Virus record (IMG/VR): IMGVR_UViG_3300023174_000139
Strand: one strand, 5' to 3'
Source: an uncultured virus (IMG/VR IMGVR_UViG_3300023174_000139)
Taxonomy: Duplodnaviria; Heunggongvirae; Uroviricota; Caudoviricetes
DNA: 64,000 nt
A program made the translations under genes and the position numbers. Under the pieces are notes generated by a model. It saw only the letters and a list, made by a program, of their open reading frames with translations. It was not told the DNA's origin and did no database searches. Below are positions 37,334 through 47,875 of the stretch, piece after piece (position 1 is the first letter of the stretch; each line of letters begins with the position of its first letter).

Positions 37334-38459
37334 AGAAGAAGCTGTAGAATCATCTGGGCCTAGTGCATCAGATAGGTTATTATCATTTTTAAAAGACAAT
37401 AAAGAAGATCATTATAATTTTGAAGATGAGATTTATTATAAAGTATCGACTGGCAGTTTAAATCTGGATATTGCCACTGGTGGTGGTTTATGCCCAGGAT
37501 TGCATAGATTTATTGGAATGAATGAAGGTGGTAAAACCTCAGAAGCACTTGAGGTAACAAAGAACTTTCTTAAATCAGTAGAAAATTCTAGGGCTTTACT
37601 TTTTAAAGCAGAAGGAAGATTGAGTAAAGAAGTAAAAGAACGATCTGGAATTAAATTTGTAACCGATCCAAAAGAATGGACGGATGGAACTTGTTTTGTA
37701 TTTGAATGTAATATTTTTGAAACTGTTTCCGAATTAATGAAAGATCTTATTCAATCTAATGATGAGAATAAAAGATATATATTCATTCTTGATTCTGTTG
37801 ATGGTTTGATGACAAAAGGAGACTCTCAAAAGAATATGAGTGAAGCCACGAAAGTAGCAGGAGGAGCAGTCATATCTTCAATGTTAATGAAAAGAATTTC
37901 TCTCGCGCTTTCTAAGCGGGGCCATATCGCAATTTTTATTAGTCAAGTTAGATCTGACATTAAGCTTGACCCTTACGCTGCAAATAAAGATATTCGTCAA
38001 ACTACTGCTACTGGTGGAAATGCACTGTTACATTTTGCTAATTGGATTCTTGAATTTGAACCCAAGTTCAATAAAGATCTTATTCTTGAAAAACCAAACG
38101 ATAGATACGATCCAATTAAGAATAAAATTATTGGACATAATGTTAAAATTGCAATCAAGAAATCTACTAATGAATCAACTAACTCAAAAGTGCAATATCC
38201 AATTAAATATGGCCGTAAGGATGGATCTTCTGTTTGGAGGGAGTATGAAGTCATTGATCAAATTCTTTCTTGGGAATTCGCAAGTGCCAAGGGCGCATGG
38301 GTAACTTTCTCTGATGAAATTATAGAAGAGCTTAAACAGCAAAATCTTGAACTCAAGAAACAGCATCAAGGCATTGATAATCTAAGAGCTTATCTTGAAG
38401 AGAACAAGCCGCTTGTAGATTATTTTTATAATAAATTCATTAAAACTCTTGCGTCATGA
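37317..38459 (+). CDS. recA: RecA/UvsX-like recombinase
   Basis: STGSLNLDIATGGG, Walker A GMNEGGKT, ILDSV, FISQVR, TGGNALLHFA, GAW. Confidence 0.85.
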   Translation: MGRKPKEEAVESSGPSASDRLLSFLKDNKEDHYNFEDEIYYKVSTGSLNLDIATGGGLCPGLHRFIGMNEGGKTSEALEVTKNFLKSVENSRALLFKAEGRLSKEVKERSGIKFVTDPKEWTDGTCFVFECNIFETVSELMKDLIQSNDENKRYIFILDSVDGLMTKGDSQKNMSEATKVAGGAVISSMLMKRISLALSKRGHIAIFISQVRSDIKLDPYAANKDIRQTTATGGNALLHFANWILEFEPKFNKDLILEKPNDRYDPIKNKIIGHNVKIAIKKSTNESTNSKVQYPIKYGRKDGSSVWREYEVIDQILSWEFASAKGAWVTFSDEIIEELKQQNLELKKQHQGIDNLRAYLEENKPLVDYFYNKFIKTLAS

Positions 38460-38875
38460 GATTATTAAATATTAACGGCACGCTCGTTAATAAAAACGTA
38501 AGAAAGAATTTAATAAACTGGGACGGTAAAAGTCGTAGTAAATTACAATTTAAATTTAAGCAATTCTTTTATCCATACTGGAACAATCATATAGTTTACG
38601 AAGAGTTTCCAGTTTATGGAACAATGCTTAAAGTGGATATATTAAATGCAACAAAAAAGATAGCAATTGAAATTCAAGGCAATCAACATGAATCCTTCAA
38701 TGAGTTTTTTCATGATAATTCTAGATTAAAATATCTTCAGAGTATAAAAAGAGATGTCAAAAAAGAAAAATGGCTTGAAATGAATGAATTTAAATTCCTA
38801 GAGCTATATGAAGCTGATTTAAAAAAACTTTCACCACAATATATAGAAGAAAAATGCGGAATTTTAATCATTTAA
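38456..38875 (+). CDS. Vsr/DUF559-like PD-(D/E)XK endonuclease
   Basis: EEFP...VDI...IAIEIQGNQH...RDVKK. Confidence 0.7.
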   Translation: MRLLNINGTLVNKNVRKNLINWDGKSRSKLQFKFKQFFYPYWNNHIVYEEFPVYGTMLKVDILNATKKIAIEIQGNQHESFNEFFHDNSRLKYLQSIKRDVKKEKWLEMNEFKFLELYEADLKKLSPQYIEEKCGILII

Positions 38876-38890
38876 GTGTAAAATTTAATA

Positions 38891-39160
38891 GTGACAAATA
38901 AGAAAAAATTTAAAATACCAGATTCATTATTAAAACAAATTGACGAATGTAGTTTTGGAGGATATATACTTTTTAATTTTTCAAGTAAAGGCGACCCACA
39001 AGTATTCACTAAATTTGATAATCAAATAAATGCTATGGCTTTATTATATTACATTAACACATGGAGCCAAAGTGTAGATCAATTAAATTTAGAAGCGACG
39101 ACAGATTTAATAGCAAGAAAAAACGAAGAAGACGACAATTTTGACGAAAATAAAGATTAA
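38891..39160 (+). CDS. Hypothetical protein (GTG start)
   Basis: 89-aa ORF 9 nt after GTGTAA. Confidence 0.55.
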   Translation: MTNKKKFKIPDSLLKQIDECSFGGYILFNFSSKGDPQVFTKFDNQINAMALLYYINTWSQSVDQLNLEATTDLIARKNEEDDNFDENKD

Positions 39161-39209
39161 GTTTAAAACACTTGACTTTTAATTTTTACTGAGGTATCAT
39201 ATATAAAGG

Positions 39210-40694
39210 ATGATTTATTCTTTACAGGTAGAAAGACACGTATTAAGTGGCTTATTGAAGCATCAAGACTTATTTGCAGATATAGATATTTTCTTATCTG
39301 AAAATGATTTTTTTAATGATGTTCATTCGACAATATATTCCGTATTCAAGAACATTAAGCATAAAGGTGAGAATGTAGATAAAGTTCTTCTTGCCGAAAG
39401 AATTAAGAACTTGGGAATATCATTTAAAGATGATATTAATATTTTTGATTATATAGATAATTTAAGTTTCTCCCAAATAACCGAACAAGCTACAATGGAA
39501 GCGTGCAAAGAATTATTAAAATTAAGAGTAAGAAGAGAAATATCTCAAACGGCAGATAAGTTAAAAGATTATGTAGTAAAAAATGCAGATGATAATTTGG
39601 ATGAGATCATAGGAAAAATAGACCAAATATATAATAAAAAAATATCTTCCTATTCAGAGAATGATGTTCCTATTAATATTTTCGAAGGCGTTGAAGATCT
39701 TGTAGAAGAAATTGGTAATAGTCCAAAAGAAGATACTGGACTTATAACTCCGTATTCTGAATTTAATAGAATGTATGGTGGTTTAAAAAATGGAAATATT
39801 TACGCAATTGCAAGTAGGCCAGGTCAAGGTAAATCAACATGGCTAAATGACATTTGCTTCAAGACCTCTATTAATCCAAAGAATAAAACTAAAACTCTTA
39901 TTCTTGATACTGAAATGCAAACAGTAGATATTCAATTGAGGATGGTCGCATCTTTAAGTGGAGTACCAGTTTGGTATCTTGAAACTGGTAATTGGAGAAA
40001 GAACGAAGAAATGACCAAGAAAGTAAGAGAGGCTTGGTCTAAAGTTAAAAAATATGAATACTTTCATTATCATGTGGGAAATAAAAATATTGATCAAGTA
40101 TGCTCTATTATTCGTAGATGGTATCTTTCTAAGGTTGGAAGAGGAAATCAAGCTATGATAGCTTATGATTACATTAAATTAACTGGAGAGAAAGTAGGTC
40201 AAAATTGGGCAGAGCATCAAGCAATTGGAGATAAGATCGATAAGTTAAAAAGAATTTCCGAAGAAATTCATTGTCCAATTATTACCGCTATGCAGTTAAA
40301 TAGAACTGGCGAAAGTTTCAATAGAAAAGGTTCAGAAGTAGTAGATGATAGTTCTGTAATTTCCCTTTCAGACAGATTACAATGGTTCGCTTCATTCGTG
40401 GCCATCTTTAGAAGAAAGACTTTAGATGAGATTACTCTAGACGGCCAAACATTTGGAACTCATAAATTGATCCCAACTAAAACAAGATTTCAAGGAAAAG
40501 ATGCAGCGGGTCATCAAGATTTAGTTAGAAGATTAGATTGTACTGGGAAAGAAGTATGGTCGCAAAACTATTTAAATTATAATGTTCAAAATTTTAACAT
40601 AGAAGAAAGAGGATCTCTTCTCGATGTAGCAGAGCGTCAAAGAGAGCAGTATGAATTGAATGATACTAACGCAAATGATGGAGAATTATTATGA
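39210..40694 (+). CDS. dnaB: Replicative DNA helicase
   Basis: ASRPGQGKS, DTEM, YDYIKL, MQLNR, N-terminal DnaB domain. Confidence 0.9.
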   Translation: MIYSLQVERHVLSGLLKHQDLFADIDIFLSENDFFNDVHSTIYSVFKNIKHKGENVDKVLLAERIKNLGISFKDDINIFDYIDNLSFSQITEQATMEACKELLKLRVRREISQTADKLKDYVVKNADDNLDEIIGKIDQIYNKKISSYSENDVPINIFEGVEDLVEEIGNSPKEDTGLITPYSEFNRMYGGLKNGNIYAIASRPGQGKSTWLNDICFKTSINPKNKTKTLILDTEMQTVDIQLRMVASLSGVPVWYLETGNWRKNEEMTKKVREAWSKVKKYEYFHYHVGNKNIDQVCSIIRRWYLSKVGRGNQAMIAYDYIKLTGEKVGQNWAEHQAIGDKIDKLKRISEEIHCPIITAMQLNRTGESFNRKGSEVVDDSSVISLSDRLQWFASFVAIFRRKTLDEITLDGQTFGTHKLIPTKTRFQGKDAAGHQDLVRRLDCTGKEVWSQNYLNYNVQNFNIEERGSLLDVAERQREQYELNDTNANDGELL

Positions 40695-41347
40695 ACGTAG
40701 AATTAATATCAATTACAAAACCAGAAATAAAAGGATTAAAAAATCCAGAGGACTTAGTTGCATATTGCGCCAGAGTAAGCAATCCATCAAATCAAATGAA
40801 TAGTGAAACTGCTCCAAAATTATTAAAATTTTTAATTCAACATAAACATTGGAGCCCATTTGAGCTAGTAGATATGTGTGTTGAAATCAAAACTAGTCGT
40901 GGAATCGCTGCTCAAATTTTAAGACATAGATCATTTAGCTTTCAAGAATTTAGTCAAAGATATAGTTTAGTAACGGAGTATGAAGACATTGAACTTAGAT
41001 TACAAGGAGATAAAAATAGACAAGTAGGAGAAAAACTATTATCCGTAAATAGTCCAGCTTATGAAAAAATAAGCGAACTAATTGCAGAAAGCTTATCTTT
41101 ATCTCAACATTGTTATGATACAATGATTGAAAATGGAGTGGCAAAAGAAGTAGCAAGAATGGTATTACCATTAAGCACGGAAACAACAATGTATATGAAG
41201 GGATCATTAAGAAGCTGGGTTCATTATATTCAATTAAGAACTGAGCAAAACACCCAAAAAGAACATAGACTTATTGCTGAAAAATGTAAAAAAATCTTTA
41301 TTAAAGAATTCCCTACAATAAGCGAGGCTTTAGAATGGAACAATTAA
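40691..41347 (+). CDS. thyX: Flavin-dependent thymidylate synthase
   Basis: HWSPFE, QILRHRSFSFQEFSQRY, ARMVLP, TQKEHR. Confidence 0.95.
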   Translation: MNVELISITKPEIKGLKNPEDLVAYCARVSNPSNQMNSETAPKLLKFLIQHKHWSPFELVDMCVEIKTSRGIAAQILRHRSFSFQEFSQRYSLVTEYEDIELRLQGDKNRQVGEKLLSVNSPAYEKISELIAESLSLSQHCYDTMIENGVAKEVARMVLPLSTETTMYMKGSLRSWVHYIQLRTEQNTQKEHRLIAEKCKKIFIKEFPTISEALEWNN

Positions 41348-42240
41348 ATGTTTATCAAATTTTAACTGATCTAGGATATAAGTTAAAAGATTGTGGTAAA
41401 GAATATAGAACCAGACCTCTTTATAGAGATAGTGATAATGATACTGTATTAAAAATTTATAAAGATACAGGTCATTGGTTTGATTTTAAAGAAAATATAA
41501 GTGGAGATTTTAGTTCACTAGTTGGAATGACCCTTAAATTAGAAGATCCCAGCAAAGCTAAAGAATGGTTACAAAATAAAAATTTTGCATTTCATCAACC
41601 GAAAGAAGTAGAAAAACCTTTATTAAAATCAACCAAAACATTTGATATAGAATTACTATCCAAATTAGAAAACAATCATGATTATTGGATTAAAAGAAAT
41701 ATACAAAAAGAAATAATAGTCCAGTTTAAAGGTGGAGTTGCAAAAATGGGTAAGATGAAAAATAGATATGTATTTCCAATTTTTAATTTAAATAATAATA
41801 TTGCTGGATTTTCTGGAAGAGACATATCAAATTTATCTAAAATTAAATGGAAGCACCTTGGAGAAAAGAGCGAATTTATTTATCCTTTATTTCTGAATTC
41901 AAAAATTATAGAAAATGAAAAAGAAGTTATTCTTGTAGAAAGCATTGGAGATTTACTTAGCCTTTGGCAAGCTGGAATTAAAAATGTTATTGTTACATTC
42001 GGAGTAAGCTTGAGTTTGCCAATTTTAAATTATCTTTTAAAAATTGATATTAAAAAAATATATATCAGTTTAAATAATGACTCAAGTAAAAATAACGCTG
42101 GAAATATTGCATCAGAGAAAATTTACTCTAAATTAAAAAGATATTTTGACGATAGACAATTGAAAATATCACTACCTCTTAAAAAAGATTTCGGAGAGAT
42201 GACTACAGAAGAAATAATTCAATGGAAAAAGAATCTTTAA
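41335..42240 (+). CDS. dnaG: DnaG-like primase (Toprim), degenerate Zn-binding domain
   Basis: RYVFPI, GFSGR, KWKH, LVESIGD, KDFGE. Confidence 0.75.
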   Translation: MEQLNVYQILTDLGYKLKDCGKEYRTRPLYRDSDNDTVLKIYKDTGHWFDFKENISGDFSSLVGMTLKLEDPSKAKEWLQNKNFAFHQPKEVEKPLLKSTKTFDIELLSKLENNHDYWIKRNIQKEIIVQFKGGVAKMGKMKNRYVFPIFNLNNNIAGFSGRDISNLSKIKWKHLGEKSEFIYPLFLNSKIIENEKEVILVESIGDLLSLWQAGIKNVIVTFGVSLSLPILNYLLKIDIKKIYISLNNDSSKNNAGNIASEKIYSKLKRYFDDRQLKISLPLKKDFGEMTTEEIIQWKKNL

Positions 42241-43175
42241 AAGTACTATCAGCCTCTAGAATCAAAACCCTAGAAACTTGTTCTTGGGTTTATTGGCTTA
42301 ATTACCACGCCAAAGTACCACAATCTCAAAATGATGGTGCATTAAGAGGTACTATATGTCACACTATTTTTGAATTACTTTTAAATAAAAGGCATCTTAA
42401 AAATTATAAAAGAATAATTAAAAAGAACGCTATTGATGGAGACAATGGCATAGATAAATTAGTTAAAAAATTAGCTAAAAAAGTTAAATTAGATGATAGT
42501 AACTATAAATTATTAAACGACATGATTTTAGTTGGTCTTAAAAATGATTTCTTTGGAGAGGGCGGAGAGATAGTCAAACCAGAGTATTCATTTGATATTA
42601 AAAATGATGAACCAAAATATCATATTCGCGGCTTCATAGATAAGCCTGTTAAAATCAAAAAAGAAATGCATATAATCGACTATAAAAGCTCTAAATATAA
42701 ATTTAGGGGCGATGACCTAGAAGCCAATATTCAAGCCATGATGTATAGCCTTGCTAGCAAGAAGCTATGGCCAAAATTAAAACCTATTGTTAAGTTCTTA
42801 TTCTTAAGATTTCCTAAACAACCAATTCAAGAATTATCTTTTGATGAAGATCAAATAAAAGGATTTGAGCATTATTTAGAACATATTAATGATTATGTAA
42901 ATAAATTTGATGAAAATTCAGCTAAAGCAAATTTTGCAGTTGATAGCGTAAAAAATAAATGGATGTGCCAAGTTGGAGGATGGAAGTGTCCATATAAAGA
43001 TCCATATACATATTATGTTAAAGTAAACGACAAAGGCGAAATAGTAGAAACTAGTCTAGAAGATAATTTTAAAGATATTAAAGGATTTAAAATAGAAACT
43101 CGAAAATACGAAGGATGTCCAAAATTTCAAACCAGTTCCTCTAAAGATAACTCCAAAGACGAATTTTTAGATTGA
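42222..43175 (+). CDS. PD-(D/E)XK exonuclease (RecB/AddB/Cas4-like)
   Basis: LSASRI...C, RGTICH, RGFID, IIDYKSS, QAMMY, C-terminal Cys. Confidence 0.8.
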   Translation: MEKESLKVLSASRIKTLETCSWVYWLNYHAKVPQSQNDGALRGTICHTIFELLLNKRHLKNYKRIIKKNAIDGDNGIDKLVKKLAKKVKLDDSNYKLLNDMILVGLKNDFFGEGGEIVKPEYSFDIKNDEPKYHIRGFIDKPVKIKKEMHIIDYKSSKYKFRGDDLEANIQAMMYSLASKKLWPKLKPIVKFLFLRFPKQPIQELSFDEDQIKGFEHYLEHINDYVNKFDENSAKANFAVDSVKNKWMCQVGGWKCPYKDPYTYYVKVNDKGEIVETSLEDNFKDIKGFKIETRKYEGCPKFQTSSSKDNSKDEFLD

Positions 43176-43207
43176 TATATTTGTAAACTCTTGTTATATT
43201 GGTAAAA

Positions 43208-43957
43208 ATGATACCCTTGTTTAAATCTCATTATTCTTTAGGAAGGTCTATTCTTACTCTAGAGGATAAGTCTGAAAGAGATGAATATCCAGATTCTATT
43301 ATTCAAATAGCTAAACAAAATAAATTAAAAGAGATATTCCTAGTAGAAGATAATATGTCATCATTTCTTGAGGCTTATACAAATTGCAAGAATAACAATA
43401 TTAAGTTGAATTATGGATTAAGAATTTCAGTCACAGAATCAATGAACGATAAAACAGACGAATCAAGAACTAAAAATTCAAAAATAATCCTATTTTTTAA
43501 GAATAAAAAAGGATACGAATCATTAACAAAATTATTTAGCACTGCTGCTAAAGATGGTTTTTATTACGAGCCTAGATTAGATTACTCTATTTTAAAACAA
43601 AATTGGTCAGATGATTTAATTCTAGCTATCCCATTTTACGATTCTTTTATATTCAACAATACTTTAAAAAATAGCATTTGCGTGCCTCAATTTGATTTTA
43701 CAAAACCAGTTATCTTTATAGAAAATAATGACTTACCTTTTGATTTAATAATCAAAGATAAAATGCTATCATTTGCTAAAGAGAATAAACTAGAGATTTT
43801 TAATACTAAAAGTATTTATTACAATTCTAGGAAAGATTTTAAAACATATCTTACATTTAGATGCATTAACAATAGAAGCGTGTTGAATAAACCAGAAATA
43901 GAACATATGAGTAGCAATGAATTTTGCTTTGAAAGTTGGAAAAATGAAAACTCTTGA
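43208..43957 (+). CDS. Stand-alone PHP domain of DNA polymerase III alpha
   Basis: SHYSLG, NIKLNYGLRI, KNKKGYESLTKL, FYYEPRLD match the DnaE N-terminus. Confidence 0.8.
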   Translation: MIPLFKSHYSLGRSILTLEDKSERDEYPDSIIQIAKQNKLKEIFLVEDNMSSFLEAYTNCKNNNIKLNYGLRISVTESMNDKTDESRTKNSKIILFFKNKKGYESLTKLFSTAAKDGFYYEPRLDYSILKQNWSDDLILAIPFYDSFIFNNTLKNSICVPQFDFTKPVIFIENNDLPFDLIIKDKMLSFAKENKLEIFNTKSIYYNSRKDFKTYLTFRCINNRSVLNKPEIEHMSSNEFCFESWKNENS

Positions 43958-44402
43958 GAAAAAAGTAAATAATTTCGGTGGCAAGACTCGTCAAAGAGAC
44001 GATAGGGAAGACAGATTAATAGATTATAGGTTATGGAAATATAAATTAAATAAACTCTATACTACAGACGTAGATCAGATTGAATGGAGAATTATTGATG
44101 GCCAAATGAAACCAGTCGCAGTTTTAGAAATGACTCGTATAGATGACGATAAAATTCCTGGACCAAATTACTTTAAAGCTATTATTAATAGATTTGAAAC
44201 AAGAGATACTCAAAAATATACGATAACACATGTGGCGAACTGTCTTAATGTAGATGTATATATTGTTGCTTTTTTAAAAAATTTAAGTTATTATATAGTA
44301 TACAATCTTTCTAAAGGAAATAAGTGGGAGAAATATAATGAATATCAATATATTAATTGGCTTAAAAATTTAGGACAACAACCAGATCCTTTTGATTTCT
44401 AA
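43944..44402 (+). CDS. Hypothetical protein, possible PD-(D/E)XK fold
   Basis: TDVDQIEW...PVAVLE. Confidence 0.45.
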   Translation: MKTLEKKVNNFGGKTRQRDDREDRLIDYRLWKYKLNKLYTTDVDQIEWRIIDGQMKPVAVLEMTRIDDDKIPGPNYFKAIINRFETRDTQKYTITHVANCLNVDVYIVAFLKNLSYYIVYNLSKGNKWEKYNEYQYINWLKNLGQQPDPFDF

Positions 44403-44403
44403 T

Positions 44404-45042
44404 ATGGACGAACATCTTTTAAGATACGATCAGAAAAAAACTTTAGTCTTTATAGACTGCGAGACATTTAATCTTTGTCTTAATTTCTGTCATAACATTC
44501 CATGGCAAATAGCTATGTTGAAAGTTCAAGGTGATAAAAAAATAGATCAAAAGAATTTTTATTTGAAATGGCAAACGGATTTGAAGATTAGTCAAGACGC
44601 AGCAAGAATTACAAGATACGATCATAAAAAAGTTCAAAAAGAAGGATATGACCCAAAAGAAATATTTGCAACAATTAAGGATTGGCTAGATCATGCAGAC
44701 TATATAGTTGGACACAATACTCTTGGATTTGATATTTATCTTATTAAAGAGTATTATAAATACATGGGATGTTCTTCACAACATCTTGTTAATAAATTTA
44801 TTGACACAAATACAGTCGCAAGAGGTATCAAATATGGAATACCATACAACCCAAAAGAAAATCTTATTGAATATCAATACAAAATCTATCATACAAGAAA
44901 AAAGGGAGTCAAAAGTTCTTTAACTGCGTTAGGTAAAGAAAATGGAATTGAACATGACTACGAAAAACTTCATGATGCAATTAATGATCTTGACTTAAAT
45001 TTAAAAGTATGGAATAAATTGAAATGGCAAATAGAGGTATAA
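44404..45042 (+). CDS. DEDDh 3'-5' exonuclease (DnaQ/epsilon-like)
   Basis: FIDCET, VGHNTLGFD, LHDAINDL. Confidence 0.85.
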   Translation: MDEHLLRYDQKKTLVFIDCETFNLCLNFCHNIPWQIAMLKVQGDKKIDQKNFYLKWQTDLKISQDAARITRYDHKKVQKEGYDPKEIFATIKDWLDHADYIVGHNTLGFDIYLIKEYYKYMGCSSQHLVNKFIDTNTVARGIKYGIPYNPKENLIEYQYKIYHTRKKGVKSSLTALGKENGIEHDYEKLHDAINDLDLNLKVWNKLKWQIEV

Positions 45043-45043
45043 T

Positions 45044-45268
45044 ATGGCATCATTAGACGACGTATATGATATGACACAAAAATTAGAAGACAATAATATT
45101 GATTATCTTCTTATCACTGTAACCAAAGGAAAGAAACAAGGTAAAGCTGACGTTTTCTTTTCTTTAAAAGATAAAACTTCAATGAAGATACTAGCAACTG
45201 GATTAGATGTATTTAATAAGGAAATAGATAATATAGAAAGAGAACAAGAAGATGATTCAGATGAATAA
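45044..45268 (+). CDS. Hypothetical protein
   Basis: 74-aa ORF. Confidence 0.5.
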   Translation: MASLDDVYDMTQKLEDNNIDYLLITVTKGKKQGKADVFFSLKDKTSMKILATGLDVFNKEIDNIEREQEDDSDE

Positions 45269-47843
45269 ACATTTAGACGATAAAATATTTTCAGATAAAT
45301 TTGATAATACAGATTTAGGACTGCATGGAGTCAGACTTCCAGAGTTTTCGATAGATTCATCTCTCAAGAGGCATTTAAATATTAGTGAAGATGTTTCCAA
45401 TTATGACTTTTTAAGAGCATTAGCATTAAATGGGTTTAAAAAATTAAACATAGATAAAAGTAATAAAGATTACAAAAAGTATATTGATAGAGCTAAATAT
45501 GAACTAGATACATTAAAAGAATTAGGATTTATTGATTATATTCTATTGGTTTGGGATGTTATCAATTTTTGTAAGACTAGCGATATTCCAGTAGGATTAG
45601 GTAGAGGTTCGGCTGCAGGATCATTAATTTTATATCTTATTGGAGTAACTAGAATTGATCCAGTAAAATATGACCTTTATTTCGAAAGATTTATATCCAA
45701 GATTCGGGCTAAAAAGCAGGTTATCGAAGGAATAACATACTTAGATGGTAGTTTAATGTGCGACGTAGATCTTGATATTTGTTACTATAATCGTCAAAAA
45801 GTACTTCAATATCTAGAAACAAAATTTAAAGGTAAAACAAGTAAAATTTTAACATTAAATACTCTAAGTGGTAAATTGCTTATTAAAGAATGCGGCAAGA
45901 TTGTAGGTGAAAAAAGTGAAGAAGAGATGACTAATATTTCTTCATTAATTCCTAAAGTTTATGGTCAAGTTAAGGATATCAATGTTGCATATGAAGAAGT
46001 AGAAAAATTTAAAGATTGGTGCGATGAAAATAAAGAAACATTTCAAATTGCTTTAAAATTAAGAGATTTAATCAAGAACAAAGGAGTTCATCCATCGGGA
46101 GTTCTTCTTTCTTATTATGATTTAGAAACAGTATGTCCCACGGAATTTTCTTCTGATAAAGAACCAGTTTCTAGTTTTGATATGAATTGGGTTAGCATAT
46201 TTAATATTAAACTTGACATTCTAGGCTTAAGAAGCGTTTCTGTAGTTGATGATGTTTGTAAAAATATAGGAATTAAAGTAGAAGATATCGATTTAAATCA
46301 TGAAACTATTTATAGAAATTTACAAGAGTTAAGATCACCTCATGGATTATTTCAAATTGAAGCAGAAACTAATTTCAGAGTTTGTCAAAAAGTAAAACCA
46401 AAAAATCTCGAAGAACTTAGCGGAGTGTTAGCTTTAGCAAGACCTGGAGCACTACAATTTGTGGACAAATATGCTGCTCATACCAATTATCAACAATCAG
46501 AGAGTATTCATCCATTTTTCGATGAGATCCTAAAAGAAACTGGTGGAGTAGCTCTATATCAAGAGCAGTTAATGAAGATGGCTCATGAAATTGGCTTTAC
46601 TCTTGACGAAGCAGAAATCTTAAGAAGAATTGTAGGTAAAAAGAAAACCGAAGAAATTAAAGCATGGAAGAAAAAGATTGAATCTAAGATTAAAGAAAAT
46701 AAAATTCCAAAAGAAGTAGGAGAAATTCTTTGGAAAATTCTAGAAGATTCAGCGAACTACTCATTTAATAAGAGTCATTCATTGGCTTACGCAGCTTTAG
46801 CAGCAGTTACAATTTATTTAAAATTTAATTATCCACAGCAATTCTTTTTGTCTTTATTAAAGATGAGCAGAAATGAGCCAGACCCAATTGGCGAAATTTC
46901 CAAGATTCAAAAAGAGATGCATGAATTTGACATTAAACTTCTTCCTCCTCATATTATTAAATCACAGATGGATTTCTCAATAGAAGATAAAGACATTAGA
47001 TTTGGTTTATTGTCAATTAAGGGCATTAGCGATAAGTCGATTGAAAAGCTTAATAGTTTTAGAAATAAATATTCTAATAAATTTGAAATATTTCAAGCAG
47101 CAGAAGAAGCTAATCTTAATATTGGAGTTCTGTCATCGTTAATTCAAGCTGGAGCATTAAGCGGTTTTAACCAGTCTAGAAGTAAAATCGTATTAGAAGC
47201 TCAATTATGGAATATTTTAACTGCTAAAGAAAAGAAATATTCTATTTCATTTGCTGAAAAATTTGATTATGATTTGATTAAAATCATTAAACATCTCAAC
47301 AAGTTTACTGATGAGAAGGGTAATGTAGTTATTAAAGATGCAAGATTAAATACTATTAAGACTAAATATGAACCATATCTTCAAATATATAATCAAAATA
47401 GTAAAAGTGAAAGTTTTGCAAATTGGTATTATGAAAAGAAGCTTTTGGGATATACTTACAATAAGAATCTAAGAGATATTTTTACTGAAAAAAGAGAAAA
47501 TCTTAAGTATATAAACGATGTTATTGACGAGCAAATTAATGCCAAAGTTGCCTTTGTAGGTCAAATTGAAGAAGTTTATACTGGTGTATCTAAAAACGAA
47601 AAGAAAACCAGATACGTGAGATTAAAGATATCAGATGAAACATCATCAATTAGCGTATTAATATTTAATGATAATATTGAAAATAATAAATTATTAAATA
47701 ATAAAGCTTTTGAAGAAGGCAATATTGTTATAGCAAAAGGCTCAAAAAGAGATGATTGTATATTTGGAGATTTAATAGCAATTCAAGATCATCAAATATA
47801 TATGAAATTAAATGATTTAAAAAAAATTGATAAAAATAATTGA
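45261..47843 (+). CDS. dnaE: DNA polymerase III alpha catalytic core (no PHP)
   Basis: GRGSAAGSL, FERF, DVDLD, HPSGV, KLDILGL, YQEQLM, YSFNKSH, IRFGL, C-terminal OB fold. Confidence 0.92.
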   Translation: MNKHLDDKIFSDKFDNTDLGLHGVRLPEFSIDSSLKRHLNISEDVSNYDFLRALALNGFKKLNIDKSNKDYKKYIDRAKYELDTLKELGFIDYILLVWDVINFCKTSDIPVGLGRGSAAGSLILYLIGVTRIDPVKYDLYFERFISKIRAKKQVIEGITYLDGSLMCDVDLDICYYNRQKVLQYLETKFKGKTSKILTLNTLSGKLLIKECGKIVGEKSEEEMTNISSLIPKVYGQVKDINVAYEEVEKFKDWCDENKETFQIALKLRDLIKNKGVHPSGVLLSYYDLETVCPTEFSSDKEPVSSFDMNWVSIFNIKLDILGLRSVSVVDDVCKNIGIKVEDIDLNHETIYRNLQELRSPHGLFQIEAETNFRVCQKVKPKNLEELSGVLALARPGALQFVDKYAAHTNYQQSESIHPFFDEILKETGGVALYQEQLMKMAHEIGFTLDEAEILRRIVGKKKTEEIKAWKKKIESKIKENKIPKEVGEILWKILEDSANYSFNKSHSLAYAALAAVTIYLKFNYPQQFFLSLLKMSRNEPDPIGEISKIQKEMHEFDIKLLPPHIIKSQMDFSIEDKDIRFGLLSIKGISDKSIEKLNSFRNKYSNKFEIFQAAEEANLNIGVLSSLIQAGALSGFNQSRSKIVLEAQLWNILTAKEKKYSISFAEKFDYDLIKIIKHLNKFTDEKGNVVIKDARLNTIKTKYEPYLQIYNQNSKSESFANWYYEKKLLGYTYNKNLRDIFTEKRENLKYINDVIDEQINAKVAFVGQIEEVYTGVSKNEKKTRYVRLKISDETSSISVLIFNDNIENNKLLNNKAFEEGNIVIAKGSKRDDCIFGDLIAIQDHQIYMKLNDLKKIDKNN

Positions 47844-47875
47844 CATTTAATTATACTTGATATAATATAAGCTAT

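Noticed and set aside
42222..43175. Cas4 as part of a CRISPR-Cas system
   Set aside because: No other cas genes or array; a stand-alone PD-(D/E)XK nuclease among replication genes is common in phages.
43208..47843. Trans-splicing split-intein DnaE
   Set aside because: No intein N-terminal Cys/Ser block or C-terminal His-Asn at the fragment ends.
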